A DNA stretch of 64,000 nucleotides from positions 398,460 to 462,459 of the forward strand of contig WLXD01000004.1 of the NCBI GenBank assembly GCA_012103255.1. The letters are read 5' to 3'. The first letter of the stretch is position 1, and each line of letters starts with the position of its first letter. This stretch comes from Acidobacteriota bacterium. GTDB lineage: Bacteria > Acidobacteriota > UBA890 > WLXD01. Position numbers and translations under genes: made by a program. Shown here in pieces: positions 31,271 to 40,886 of this stretch. The notes under the pieces are model-generated. The model was given only the letters and a program-made list of their open reading frames with translations, searched no databases and was not told where the DNA came from.

Positions 31271-32505
31271 CGCGCGACCTCCACTCGGGCGCCTTCGGCC
31301 AGCCCCTCGCGGACGATGCACTCGCGCGCGTTGCACGGCCCCAATTCGACGGGTTGCGTTGCGCCGCCCGGAAGCCGGACGGTAGCTCCGTCGTCGGTGA
31401 AGCTCAGTGCCGCGCGCGCCACGAGCAGCGCCTCATCGCGTGCCGCGGTCTCCACTTCCACTCGGACGGACATCCCGGGCTGCATGATCTCCGGTTCGGC
31501 TTCGTCGAGATCGTTGTGCACCAGGAAGTGCCGCTGTTCGGAGCGCCAGCCGGACTCATGGGCGACGGGGCTGATCTCGCGCACGACGCCGGTGAAGCTC
31601 CGATCCGGATAGGCATCGAGAGTGCAGGCAACGATCATGCCTGGGGTCACCTTGCCATCGTCGACGTCCGACAGCCTGGCTTCAACCGCCATCGATCGTA
31701 GGTCGGGAATTTCCGCCACGGTCGCGCCAACCCAGATCGTGTCGCCAACCTGAAACTTGCGATCCTCTCTGCGGTTCTCCGCCGCAACCGCGATACCCGA
31801 CTGCGGGGCTCTGAGCACCATCGTTTCGATGGCGCGTTGCGCCTCGGCGACTTCGCGCTCCGCGCTGCGAAGATCAACCCGCAGCACCTCGAGTTCAGCC
31901 TCCGAGGAATCCCCGTGACCTTCAAGATCTGCGTCCGCCTTGTCGTATTCCACGCGCGCCTGTTGGAGGGCTAGCTGCGCCTCCTGATACGTCTTCCGGT
32001 CGGTGACATCGAGCGGAACATCTGCCTCGATCTCGGCCTTACGTAGCGCGATTCGCTGCTGCTCGTAGGAGAACTGTCGCTCTTCGAGCTGTCCCGCGAT
32101 CTCGGCGAGTTTGCTATCGATCGCGTTCTGGGCCTGCTGTTGTGCGGTGATCTTGTTCTCGATCTCGCTCGCGAGCTGGGCCGTGTCGAGCTCCACGAGA
32201 GGCGCGCCCTCGATAACTTCGGCGCCGTCGTCGGCCATCCAGCGGATGGTGGTTTCCCAACTCGGCATCCGCGGGATGATCACCGCCTCGCTATTGCGTG
32301 AGCTCAGAGTGCCCGACAACAGAAGCGTCTGACGAAAACTGCCGCGACGCACCGTGTCGTCGGCGACGGGCGCAGTCCCATCTACCGCTGGCGTCGCGTT
32401 GGCGCTCGGCTCAGTTCCACAGCCGGCCAGGAGGAAGCTCAAGAGCAACGCTCCCGCCGCGCATTTCACATGCCGGGGTCGAGTTCCGTTCTGGTTCTCG
32501 AACAT
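31267..32505 (-). CDS. Lipoprotein periplasmic adaptor / membrane fusion protein
   Basis: Lipobox LLAGC, DGAEVIEG, LRAPQSG, LDAYPD, MQPGMS. Start uncertain. Confidence 0.85.
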   Translation of the reverse strand: MFENQNGTRPRHVKCAAGALLLSFLLAGCGTEPSANATPAVDGTAPVADDTVRRGSFRQTLLLSGTLSSRNSEAVIIPRMPSWETTIRWMADDGAEVIEGAPLVELDTAQLASEIENKITAQQQAQNAIDSKLAEIAGQLEERQFSYEQQRIALRKAEIEADVPLDVTDRKTYQEAQLALQQARVEYDKADADLEGHGDSSEAELEVLRVDLRSAEREVAEAQRAIETMVLRAPQSGIAVAAENRREDRKFQVGDTIWVGATVAEIPDLRSMAVEARLSDVDDGKVTPGMIVACTLDAYPDRSFTGVVREISPVAHESGWRSEQRHFLVHNDLDEAEPEIMQPGMSVRVEVETAARDEALLVARAALSFTDDGATVRLPGGATQPVELGPCNARECIVREGLAEGARVEVAR

Positions 32506-32665
32506 GACGGTCGATTGGCTCCGGATCCGTCGGGGAACGGCCTGTCTATTATCGCCCAAACCATCCCGCCGCAGTAGGACTCTTGACCATTCTTGACGAA
32601 GTTTCGATGTCGTGGCCGAAGGTTTCCGAGCAGCGGATGAAACCATTTCACAGTTTCCGCCGTAC

Positions 32666-32688
32666 GAATAATTCAAATGTAGTTATTC
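32666..32688. promoter_or_regulatory. Inverted repeat GAATAA-N11-TTATTC upstream of padR (candidate operator)
   Basis: GAATAATTCAAATGTAGTTATTC is an AT-rich island 25 bp upstream of the padR ATG, in the divergent intergenic region. Confidence 0.55.
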
Positions 32689-32712
32689 ATTCCTTCTCCA
32701 GGACCGCCTGCC

Positions 32713-33042
32713 ATGCCCGGGAAATTTCTGGCCGAGTTCGAGCTCTACGTCATGCTGGCCGTCGCCCGCCTCGGTGACGATGCGTACGGTGCATCCATAC
32801 GTGACGAGATAGAAAACCGCGTGAACCGCCCAGTTTCGATCGGCGCGCTCTACGCGACGCTTCATCGGCTCGGCGGCAAGGACCTCGTCCGCTTCGAGGA
32901 AGAGGCGGAATCCGGCCGCGCGGGCCGAGCGCGCAAGTACGTGCAGCTCACAGTCGAAGGCCGCGACGCCCTCGATCACTCCACGGCAATGCTGCAGCGC
33001 ATGATGGACGGCGTCGCAACCGAGATCGGAGGTTCCCGATGA
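32713..33042 (+). CDS. PadR family transcriptional regulator
   Basis: LAEFELYVMLAV..AYGASI..SIGALYATLHRL..GRARKY. ATGA-coupled to the permease. Confidence 0.92.
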   Translation: MPGKFLAEFELYVMLAVARLGDDAYGASIRDEIENRVNRPVSIGALYATLHRLGGKDLVRFEEEAESGRAGRARKYVQLTVEGRDALDHSTAMLQRMMDGVATEIGGSR

Positions 33043-35765
33043 ATGAGCCGCGTCCCAACCGTTTCTGGGGATGGCTCCTCAGCCTGGTAGTTCACGCCGA
33101 CGACCGCTGCTTTGCCCGCGATGACCTCGCGGATGGTTTCGAGACTCGCCTACGCGAATCCGGGGCATCGACGGCAAACAGCTGGTACCGGCAACAGGTC
33201 GTACGCTCCCTGTTGCCTTCGCTCCGCGATCGCTGGGTACGACGGCCCCGCGTTCTCGGAGCGCTGTTGATGGACGTCCCGTTTGCGATCCGCTCGCTAG
33301 CCAAGACTCCCGGTGTCGTCACGATCACGATCATCTCCCTCGCCGTTGGCATCGGTGCCACCACCGCAGTGTTCTCCGTAGGCAACGCGATGTTCAGACC
33401 CACTGGAGCAAGTGCCGTATCCGAGCCGGACACTCTGGTGGCGATCTTCACGACGACCGGTGATGGCGACCCGTACGGACGCAGCTCGATACCCGATGTA
33501 CGTGAGGTGGAGAGCGCCGTCGACGCGTTGACGTCCGTGGCAACCCACCGGTTCGGACTGGTCGAAGTTGTCGTGGATGACCATGTAGCGACCTCGATGA
33601 TCGAGATCGTGAGCGGGAACTACTTCGACGTGCTCGGCACGACGCTGGTGCGAGGTCGCGGATTCCAACCCGCCGAGACGACATTCGGTCAGGCGCGCCG
33701 CGTTGTAGTGGTCAGCGAGCGCATGTGGCGCGAGCGACTCGGAAACAACCCCGACGTCATCGGCGAATCGATCGAGATCGACGGCGACATGTTCGAGATC
33801 GTTGGCGTCGCGCCGGACGAACTCGGAAGCCGCACGCTCGCGTTGCGCGTGGAGGCCTGGGTGCCCATCGGAATCCCCGGAGGGATCTTCCTCTCGACCG
33901 AGGAGGAATGGGCCAGCCGCGGCAACCGCGACCACGGAATCGTGGCCCGGTTGGCCGACGGGGCAAACCGCGCCGACGCCACCGCCCAGCTCGACGTTGT
34001 CGCATCCCGCCTCCACAGCACGTACCCGGATGAATGGATCACCAACCGGGAAACCGCGCGCGGCTTCACTATGCTCAGCGAACGTGATTCGCGAGTTCCA
34101 CCCAGCTTCCGCACGGCCTTGGCGACGGCGAGCGGGCTTCTGGTTCTGGCCGCAGCGCTCGTTCTCGCGATCGCCTGCTTCAACGTTGCGAGCCTGCTGT
34201 TGGCTCGAACCGACGCACGGCGACAGGAAATGGCCGTCCGACTTGCGCTGGGAGCGCGCCGACGACGCATCGTGTTCCTCCTTCTGACCGAGTCCGTCAT
34301 GCTCGGGAGCGTCGCCTGCGCGCTCGGGGTTGCCCTCGCCCACTGGCTCGTGGGGCGGTTCGACACCGTCTCACTGCCGATCGGCAATTTCTCGGTTCAA
34401 TTCGACATCGGCCTCGACTCGCGTGTCCTGATCTTCGCGGGACTCGTTGCCATGCTCACGAGCATCGGCTTCGGCCTGCTTCCCGCTCGCCGAGGCTCGC
34501 GACCGGATCTCGTACCGGCACTCAAGGGCGTTGGCGACTATGCGGGCGCCGGCGCGGGCAAGAGTCGATTCCGCAGCTTGTTGATCGTTGGTCAGGTGGC
34601 TGGCGCTGTGATCTTTGTCGTTGGTGCCGGCACGTCTCTGCGAAGTTTTGACGAACTCGCCGCCCTCGACTGGGGCGTCGACGCCGCCGGCGTGGCGGTA
34701 ATGAGCAAGGACCTGCCCGTGGAGATGGCACCCGCTGAGCGCGACGCAGAGTACCGAGACTTGCTGGCGGGCCTCCGCGATCGGCCAGAGATCGACGAGG
34801 TCCAGCTCGGGACCACAGTCGAGGGCACCACAATGTTCTTCGAGAACCGATCTCGGGTGAGCACCGCCGGCTACGAACCCGCGCCGGGCGAATCGACCCG
34901 CCTGCTCTACAACGCAGTAACACCTGGCTACATCGAGATGATGGGCATTCGTGTCGTGGGTGGAAGGACCTTCACGAGTGCTGACGACTTCGACGCGGCG
35001 CGCGTCGCGGTGGTCAACGAATCGTTCGCCGAACGGTTCTGGCCGGGCGAACCCGCACTCGGGCAGACGTTCCGCCTGGCGCGCACCACGGACGACGATG
35101 GCTTCGAAAACGCCGACACTGCCGGCGCCTACACGGTGATCGGCATCGCTGCCGACGCCCGCTACGAAGGGTTCGAGACCACGCAGTCGGAGTACTTCTG
35201 GACCTCACTGCTGCAGAATCCGCCGGCACGAACGATGATCGTGGTCCGGGCCAAGACCGGCATCGGCGACGCGTTGCAGGCGCTACGCGAAGAGCTGCCC
35301 GCGGATGAGCGTGCCGCACTGGGCCTACCGCCGAGTCCGCTTTCCGACATCCGCGATCTGCAGTTCTCGTTCCTGCGAGTCATCGGCCAGCTCCTCGCGG
35401 CGGCCGGGGTGTTCGGCCTCTTCCTCGCCGCCCTCGGGCTCTATGGAACTGTCGCGTTCGCCGTCACGCGGAGGGGTCGCGAACTGGCGATCCGTCAGGC
35501 GGTCGGAGCGTTGCCGGGACAGGTCGTCAGCCAGGTATTCCGAAGCGGGATGCTGCTAGCGGCAGTGGGACTCGTGCTGGGGATCGCAGTCGTCGTGCCG
35601 CTGGTGGCACTCCTGCGTGCCGAGCTGCAGGGGGTCGCTCCGGTCGAGGTGCTCAGCCTGCTGGTCGGTGTGGCGGTAGCGCTCGCGGTGACAGCCGCGG
35701 CGAGCTACATACCGGCTCGAAGAGCTGTAGGGATCACGCCGGTGGAAGCGCTGCGCGCCGAGTAG
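33039..35765 (+). CDS. ADOP-type duplicated ABC permease
   Basis: DVPFAIRSL, IACFNVASLLLAR, EMAVRLALGA, RELAIRQAVGA, PVEALRAE. Confidence 0.92.
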   Translation: MNEPRPNRFWGWLLSLVVHADDRCFARDDLADGFETRLRESGASTANSWYRQQVVRSLLPSLRDRWVRRPRVLGALLMDVPFAIRSLAKTPGVVTITIISLAVGIGATTAVFSVGNAMFRPTGASAVSEPDTLVAIFTTTGDGDPYGRSSIPDVREVESAVDALTSVATHRFGLVEVVVDDHVATSMIEIVSGNYFDVLGTTLVRGRGFQPAETTFGQARRVVVVSERMWRERLGNNPDVIGESIEIDGDMFEIVGVAPDELGSRTLALRVEAWVPIGIPGGIFLSTEEEWASRGNRDHGIVARLADGANRADATAQLDVVASRLHSTYPDEWITNRETARGFTMLSERDSRVPPSFRTALATASGLLVLAAALVLAIACFNVASLLLARTDARRQEMAVRLALGARRRRIVFLLLTESVMLGSVACALGVALAHWLVGRFDTVSLPIGNFSVQFDIGLDSRVLIFAGLVAMLTSIGFGLLPARRGSRPDLVPALKGVGDYAGAGAGKSRFRSLLIVGQVAGAVIFVVGAGTSLRSFDELAALDWGVDAAGVAVMSKDLPVEMAPAERDAEYRDLLAGLRDRPEIDEVQLGTTVEGTTMFFENRSRVSTAGYEPAPGESTRLLYNAVTPGYIEMMGIRVVGGRTFTSADDFDAARVAVVNESFAERFWPGEPALGQTFRLARTTDDDGFENADTAGAYTVIGIAADARYEGFETTQSEYFWTSLLQNPPARTMIVVRAKTGIGDALQALREELPADERAALGLPPSPLSDIRDLQFSFLRVIGQLLAAAGVFGLFLAALGLYGTVAFAVTRRGRELAIRQAVGALPGQVVSQVFRSGMLLAAVGLVLGIAVVVPLVALLRAELQGVAPVEVLSLLVGVAVALAVTAAASYIPARRAVGITPVEALRAE

Positions 35766-35774
35766 TCCGGGAAC

Positions 35775-36233
35775 CTAGAGCCAGCGTCGCACGCTCAAGC
35801 AATAGTCCACGTACTGAGCACCGAACCTGTCGACCAGCATGCGCTCCTCCATAGCGATGAACCGCGTGGTGATCACCCAGACAAAGCCGAGCATCGGCAG
35901 GAAGGCGCTAGCGCATGACAGACGAATCGCGGCCGCGAACAGAATGAGCGCCATCGCCAGATAGATCGGGTTGCGGCTCCAGCGATACGGGCCACGCACG
36001 ATCAGCGCGTCCGACACCGCACCGGGTTCGATGGTGGTCCGATGCAAGTGAAACTGAATAGCGCTGGCGGCGAAAAGCAGGAGCGCGAATCCGCCGATTC
36101 CACGACTGACTGTCTCGGCGGCCGGGATCTCGAAGTCCGCGATCGGCAGGTAGGTGCGCAGTGCCCACTGCATGCCAAGCCCACCGAGCAGCCAGAAAGG
36201 CGGCAGGATCCGGGGGCGTTCAACTTCGCTCAC
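35775..36233 (-). CDS. Isoprenylcysteine carboxylmethyltransferase/PEMT family membrane methyltransferase
   Basis: LIVRGPYRWSRNPIYL, EERML..RFGAQYVDY..VRRWL. Confidence 0.88.
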   Translation of the reverse strand: MSEVERPRILPPFWLLGGLGMQWALRTYLPIADFEIPAAETVSRGIGGFALLLFAASAIQFHLHRTTIEPGAVSDALIVRGPYRWSRNPIYLAMALILFAAAIRLSCASAFLPMLGFVWVITTRFIAMEERMLVDRFGAQYVDYCLSVRRWL

Positions 36234-36297
36234 GCGGCGCAGTATCCCACGCTGCGAAGGCTGCGCGCGCCGCTTGAGGAGAACGCTCGATCCGGCT

Positions 36298-36690
36298 CTA
36301 GCGGCTCGGCGCGGCGCGCGGACCAGCAATCAACGACTGCTCGTCGCTGACGACGAACTGTGCGCCGACAACCGAAACGAAGCCCGCGACCGGGAGCAGA
36401 CACAGCCAGGTGCCAAACCACAGAGCGCTGCCAACGAGTGCGACTAGCATGGCAAAGTTCGCCGGGCAGTCGGTCCAACGATGGACTTCAACATTCACCA
36501 ACTCGCGATGCCGCCGGGCGCGGTAGACGACCGCGAGTCCGCCGATCAGAAGGAGGGCGCCAAGCCACGCCTGCCCAGCGGCCACGACAAGCGCCGGCCC
36601 GGGGAGCAACAGCCAGAGAGCGGTTTGCTGTGCAAGGGCTACTGCGAACCACGCCGCGGGCACGCGATTGTTCGTCTGGGTGGGCTTCAT
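36298..36690 (-). CDS. Degenerate ICMT/PEMT-like membrane protein (paralog of the neighbour)
   Basis: Colinear with the adjacent ICMT (RWTDCPANFAM vs RWSRNPIYLAM; LPVAGFVSV vs LPMLGFVWV; DEQSL vs EERML) but the catalytic motifs are eroded. Confidence 0.6.
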   Translation of the reverse strand: MKPTQTNNRVPAAWFAVALAQQTALWLLLPGPALVVAAGQAWLGALLLIGGLAVVYRARRHRELVNVEVHRWTDCPANFAMLVALVGSALWFGTWLCLLPVAGFVSVVGAQFVVSDEQSLIAGPRAAPSR

Positions 36691-36722
36691 CGGGTGGGCT
36701 CCGTAGGACGTGGGGTCGTCCG

Positions 36723-36761
36723 TCTTAATCAAGTGTTTATATTCTTAACAGTTTCTTAACA
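36723..36761. promoter_or_regulatory. Direct repeat TTCTTAACA x2 at 11-bp spacing (OmpR/PhoB-type box)
   Basis: Copies at 36742-36750 and 36753-36761, plus a partial TCTTAATC at 36723, in an AT-rich divergent intergenic region. Confidence 0.55.
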
Positions 36762-36946
36762 TTCGAGCAAGAGCTTTACGAGACCGCCCGGCCGCGCCAG
36801 TAGACCTGGTACTGCGTCAAACAGACGTGCAGACTCGACATAGACCAGCTCCCGACGATCCGATCTCCCGATCACCGATGACGGAACCGATCGTTTGGGC
36901 AGTACCCAACAGACATCACGCGCCCTGAACCCGATCGGAGGACACC

Positions 36947-37645
36947 ATGTCCCATCGTCTTCGCCTCGTCGCCATTGCCGTAGCCGCCGTCATCGCATGG
37001 CCTCTCCTCGCGCAGGACGGCACGGTCGTCGCCTCCGGAACCGGCACCGTGGAATTGGAAGCCGATCGAGCCATCGTCAACATCGCGATCGAGAGCCGCG
37101 GTGAAACTGCCAGCGCAGCGGGAATTGCGAACGCGGGCGTGGCAGCTCAGGTTCGCGCTGCGCTGGGCACGATCGATCTTCCGATGACAGCCGTCACCAC
37201 CGCCCACTACGACATCCAGACGAACTGGCGGCGCCAAGACGGCGAGAGGATTCCGGATGGCTATCGAGCGGTTTTGTCACTTCGCGTCGCCGTCAACGAT
37301 GTAACCCGCGTGGGAACGATCATCGACACCGCCCTGACCGGCGGTGCGACACGCGTCGACGGCATCGAGTTCTCCTCCAGCCGCGCGGAGGCGGCACGTG
37401 CCGAGGCCGCAGCGCTCGCGGTGAAGGACGCGATGCGGACCGCCGAGGCCATCGCCACCGCCGCGGGCGGAAGCCTGGGCGATGTCATCGAACTGACCAC
37501 CCAGGGCAACGTGAGCCCGATGCCGGAGGTTCGGCGATTTCGCGCCGTCGAAGCGATGGCAGCGGACGTCCCCACGGTGGTCACGCCCGGCGCCCTGACG
37601 ATCTCGGCGTATGTGAACGGGCGCTGGCGGTTCGAGGCCCGGTAG
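36947..37645 (+). CDS. SIMPL domain (DUF541/BP26-like) periplasmic protein
   Basis: Signal peptide, SGTGTVELEAD, GY..V.V.D..G..ID.A..GA..V.GI.F pattern. GGAGGA RBS. Confidence 0.9.
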   Translation: MSHRLRLVAIAVAAVIAWPLLAQDGTVVASGTGTVELEADRAIVNIAIESRGETASAAGIANAGVAAQVRAALGTIDLPMTAVTTAHYDIQTNWRRQDGERIPDGYRAVLSLRVAVNDVTRVGTIIDTALTGGATRVDGIEFSSSRAEAARAEAAALAVKDAMRTAEAIATAAGGSLGDVIELTTQGNVSPMPEVRRFRAVEAMAADVPTVVTPGALTISAYVNGRWRFEAR

Positions 37646-37679
37646 CGAAAACCGCCTATCGAGCGGCTGCCCGGACGGA

Positions 37680-40600
37680 CTACGCGCGGTGACTCGTGTC
37701 CCCGCCGAGAACTGACGGAGCGCAGCACGCAAACCCCGCAGCGAGGATGAGTCCTGATAGGACGTTCATCCACAGGAACTGTCCGCCCACGACAACGTCG
37801 GCGCCGATTCCGGCCACGAGCGTCAGCCCGGCAGATCCGATCAGGGCCCAGAACACCCACGCGACGCCTCGTGCCAAGCCACGCCAGACCGCGACCAGAA
37901 ACAACGAGGCGTACGCCACATTGAGCCCATTCGCGAAGACGCCTATGGAGTTGGCCCCGGCGAGCGCGTCGGGCGCGAGGGCCGCCACCTCTTCCGGCGT
38001 CAGCAGCGCGTACAGGCCGGGAGCGTTCAGGTCGCCCTGAAGAATCGAGAACACAATCCACGCGGAAGGCAGGAGGTTCAGCAGTGCCCAGGCACTGAGC
38101 ACGATGCATCCGGCTTTGAGCATGAGACTCCGCGATGGAGGAATGCGCCGGGCGCGATTCGGCGCCGCGGTGAACGCATTACAGCACCGCGACAAACACG
38201 CCGCAACGGTGACCCCGGCGACCGAGGCGCTGCGCAGCGCCTCGGTTGGGTCGACTGAGGCCGCGCGCCGTGCAGGCTGGAGGCTCGCGATCAGAGCGGC
38301 ACCCCCGAGCAACAGCATCACTCCTGCGAGCAGAACCGGTTCTCGCGCACTCACGCCGTAGAGCACACCCGACAGGAAACGCGTCACGCCCCAGGCGCCG
38401 ATTCCACCAAGTACGACACCGACCAACGCCATCCGTAGACCAGAGCCAAGCACCTCGCGGATCACGTCAATGCCACGTGCTCCCAGCGCCAGGCGGACAC
38501 CCATCTCACGCGTCCTCTGCGCCGCCATGTGAGCGATCACGGCGTACACGCCGAAGATCGCCAGGACGAGTGCGATACCGCCAAAGACCCCGAACGAGAT
38601 CCCCATGAAGCCCTCGCCCCACGAGTTGACCACGCGCCGCTCCGTCATCGTCATGATGTCGTAAGGCGCCTGACCGGCATCAATCGAGCGCATGACCTCG
38701 CGCGCCGGGTCAAGCAGCTGCGCGGGCGGTACCGTGCCCCGAACAAGCAAGGCCATCGAACGCGACGAGCCGAACGTGTAGGGGATGTGCAGCTGCAATC
38801 GAGCGGCCGCCGTGTCTTCTCCGAACTCCTCGTACTGCATGTCCGGTACGACGCCGATGACGTCGTAGGTATTGCCGCTTCCCGCGATGACAATCTGCTC
38901 GCCCACTGCGGCGCGCCCCGGCCACAACCGCGCCGCAAGGGTCGCCCCAATAATCGTCACGCCGCGGTCGCCGGCGGCAGACTCATCGGTGCTGAAATCG
39001 CGGCCTTCGAGAAAATCAACATCGATCGTGTCGAAGAAACCCGCCGTTGAGGCGACTGCAGTGACGTACAGCGGCCGATCGTCGGTGTATTCGCTCCCCG
39101 CCGGAATGATCCCGACGTCTGAACCGCCGTCATCCGCAGGGATGGCGCTCGTAGCCGCCGCCGCGGCGACGCCAGGCAGATCACTCAGATCTTTGCGCAA
39201 CCGATCGAAGAACGAATTGCGTGCCGACGGATCGTCATACTCATCGCCAGAGAGTCCGACCCGAAAGGACAGCAGTGGCTCGTAGTCGAACCCCGGATCG
39301 GCACTTCGGATGTTCTGGAAACTACGGACGGTGAGAGTTGCGCCCACCAGCAAGATGACGGCCAGAGCCAGCTGACCGGCAACGAGCGCGTTTCTGAGAA
39401 GCCCGCCGCTCGCCGAGACCGTGCGGGTAGCGGAGGCCCGCAGGTCGGCGCCAAGTTGGCGACCCGCGATGCGAAACGCGGGCACGACCCCGAACAGCAC
39501 CGCTGTGAACATTGAGATCAGGACGGTGTAGCCAAACGTTGTGGCGTCCAGCGCGATCTCGACCCAGTACGGCATGTCGACCGGTATCAGAGCGCCCAGG
39601 CTCGCCAGCCAGACCCACGCCACAACGAGGCCAAGCGTACCGCCGGCCAACCCGAGCACAACGCTCTCGGTAATCAGCTGACGAACCAGGCGAACCCGAC
39701 TGCCGCCGAGCGCAGCTCGCAGCACGAACTCCTGAACTCGCCCGGGTGCGCGGGATAACTGGATGTTGGCGACGTTGGCACAGGCCAGAAGTAAGACGAG
39801 CCCAACCGCCGCGAACATCGTGTACAGCATCCGGTCGGCGGTCTCGCCCAGCAATCCGCGACGCAGATCCATGCCGCGCAGAGTCCAGCCAGTGTGCGTA
39901 TCGGGCCAGACCTCGGCCGCGTCGGCGGCGATCCCGCGCAACTGTGATTGCGCTGCACCGAGCGTTGCACCTGGCGCAAGGCGAGCGACCGCGCGGACAT
40001 AGCGGCGCTGATGATCCGTCGGATCGGTGGGCGTGTGCGGCAGCCACATGTCCTGAGTCAACGGAAAGCGGAACCCGGCCGGCATCACGCCCACAACCGC
40101 CACCTCGCGGCCGTTGACAAGGATGGTCTCGCCAATGACGTCGCCAGACCTGGCGAACATCCGTTCCCAGAGAGCGTCGCTGATGATCACCGTCGACTCG
40201 AATCCGTACGCCGCTCCCTGGCTGCCGTCGAATAGCCTGCCGAGCTGAGGCTCAATCCCGAACGAATCGAACAAGTCGGGCGTTACCGAAGCGCCGAAGA
40301 CGCGCTCCGGGAATTCCTGTCCGGCCACGGTGAAGCTGCGCTCGTCGTACGCACCCACCGCGTCGAACACCGACAACCCGGTCATCCGATCGATGTCCGC
40401 CCAGGTCACGCCCGCGTCGCCGTCTCCCCGATCGGGATTCCACGCATCAACGAACACCAATCGGTGTCCTTCCGCGACCGGCAACGGTCGGTGTAGGAAG
40501 CCGTAAACGATGCTGAAGTTGGCCGCATTTGCGCCGATGCCCAGCCCGAGCGAGAGGATTGCGGCGGCGGTAGTCAACGGGTGCCGCTTGAGCATGCGCC

Positions 40601-40880
40601 ACCCGTAGCGGAGGTCCTGAAGAATGGTGTCAAACCAGCTCGCGCCATCGCGTGCCGGAGGCGCGCCGCGCAGAATGTCCTGGCCGGTGCGCGCGATCGC
40701 GGCGGCATTCCCAAACGAACGCTCGGCGGCCTGCCGGGCGGCCTCGGGCTTCATCCCGGCCGACTCGTTGGCCCGGGCGCGCATCTCGATGTGGAAACGC
40801 AGTTCCTCGTCGATCTCGCGACGGAGTGGATCGGACTCGGAACGACTCGCGCGGGCCTTGAAACGCGACAACAAGTTCAT
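37680..40880 (-). CDS. ADOP-type permease (permease prefix domain) reading through in-frame into a 147-aa membrane protein (37680-38123)
   Basis: EIDEELRFHIEMR prefix, QDLRYGWRML, ACANVAN, REMGVRLALGA. The canonical end VDPTEALRS is not followed by a stop; an internal ATG at 38123 starts MLKAGCIVLSAW. Confidence 0.82.
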   Translation of the reverse strand: MNLLSRFKARASRSESDPLRREIDEELRFHIEMRARANESAGMKPEAARQAAERSFGNAAAIARTGQDILRGAPPARDGASWFDTILQDLRYGWRMLKRHPLTTAAAILSLGLGIGANAANFSIVYGFLHRPLPVAEGHRLVFVDAWNPDRGDGDAGVTWADIDRMTGLSVFDAVGAYDERSFTVAGQEFPERVFGASVTPDLFDSFGIEPQLGRLFDGSQGAAYGFESTVIISDALWERMFARSGDVIGETILVNGREVAVVGVMPAGFRFPLTQDMWLPHTPTDPTDHQRRYVRAVARLAPGATLGAAQSQLRGIAADAAEVWPDTHTGWTLRGMDLRRGLLGETADRMLYTMFAAVGLVLLLACANVANIQLSRAPGRVQEFVLRAALGGSRVRLVRQLITESVVLGLAGGTLGLVVAWVWLASLGALIPVDMPYWVEIALDATTFGYTVLISMFTAVLFGVVPAFRIAGRQLGADLRASATRTVSASGGLLRNALVAGQLALAVILLVGATLTVRSFQNIRSADPGFDYEPLLSFRVGLSGDEYDDPSARNSFFDRLRKDLSDLPGVAAAAATSAIPADDGGSDVGIIPAGSEYTDDRPLYVTAVASTAGFFDTIDVDFLEGRDFSTDESAAGDRGVTIIGATLAARLWPGRAAVGEQIVIAGSGNTYDVIGVVPDMQYEEFGEDTAAARLQLHIPYTFGSSRSMALLVRGTVPPAQLLDPAREVMRSIDAGQAPYDIMTMTERRVVNSWGEGFMGISFGVFGGIALVLAIFGVYAVIAHMAAQRTREMGVRLALGARGIDVIREVLGSGLRMALVGVVLGGIGAWGVTRFLSGVLYGVSAREPVLLAGVMLLLGGAALIASLQPARRAASVDPTEALRSASVAGVTVAACLSRCCNAFTAAPNRARRIPPSRSLMLKAGCIVLSAWALLNLLPSAWIVFSILQGDLNAPGLYALLTPEEVAALAPDALAGANSIGVFANGLNVAYASLFLVAVWRGLARGVAWVFWALIGSAGLTLVAGIGADVVVGGQFLWMNVLSGLILAAGFACCAPSVLGGDTSHRA
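38221..38246. repeat. Perfect 26-bp palindrome
   Basis: ACCGAGGCGCTGC|GCAGCGCCTCGGT is its own reverse complement. Confidence 0.95.
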
Positions 40881-40886
40881 GTCGCC

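Noticed and set aside
36850..36895. Short CCGAT repeats and a GGAACC ECF-like element upstream of the SIMPL gene
   Set aside because: Irregular spacing and no convincing -10 element; compatible with chance.
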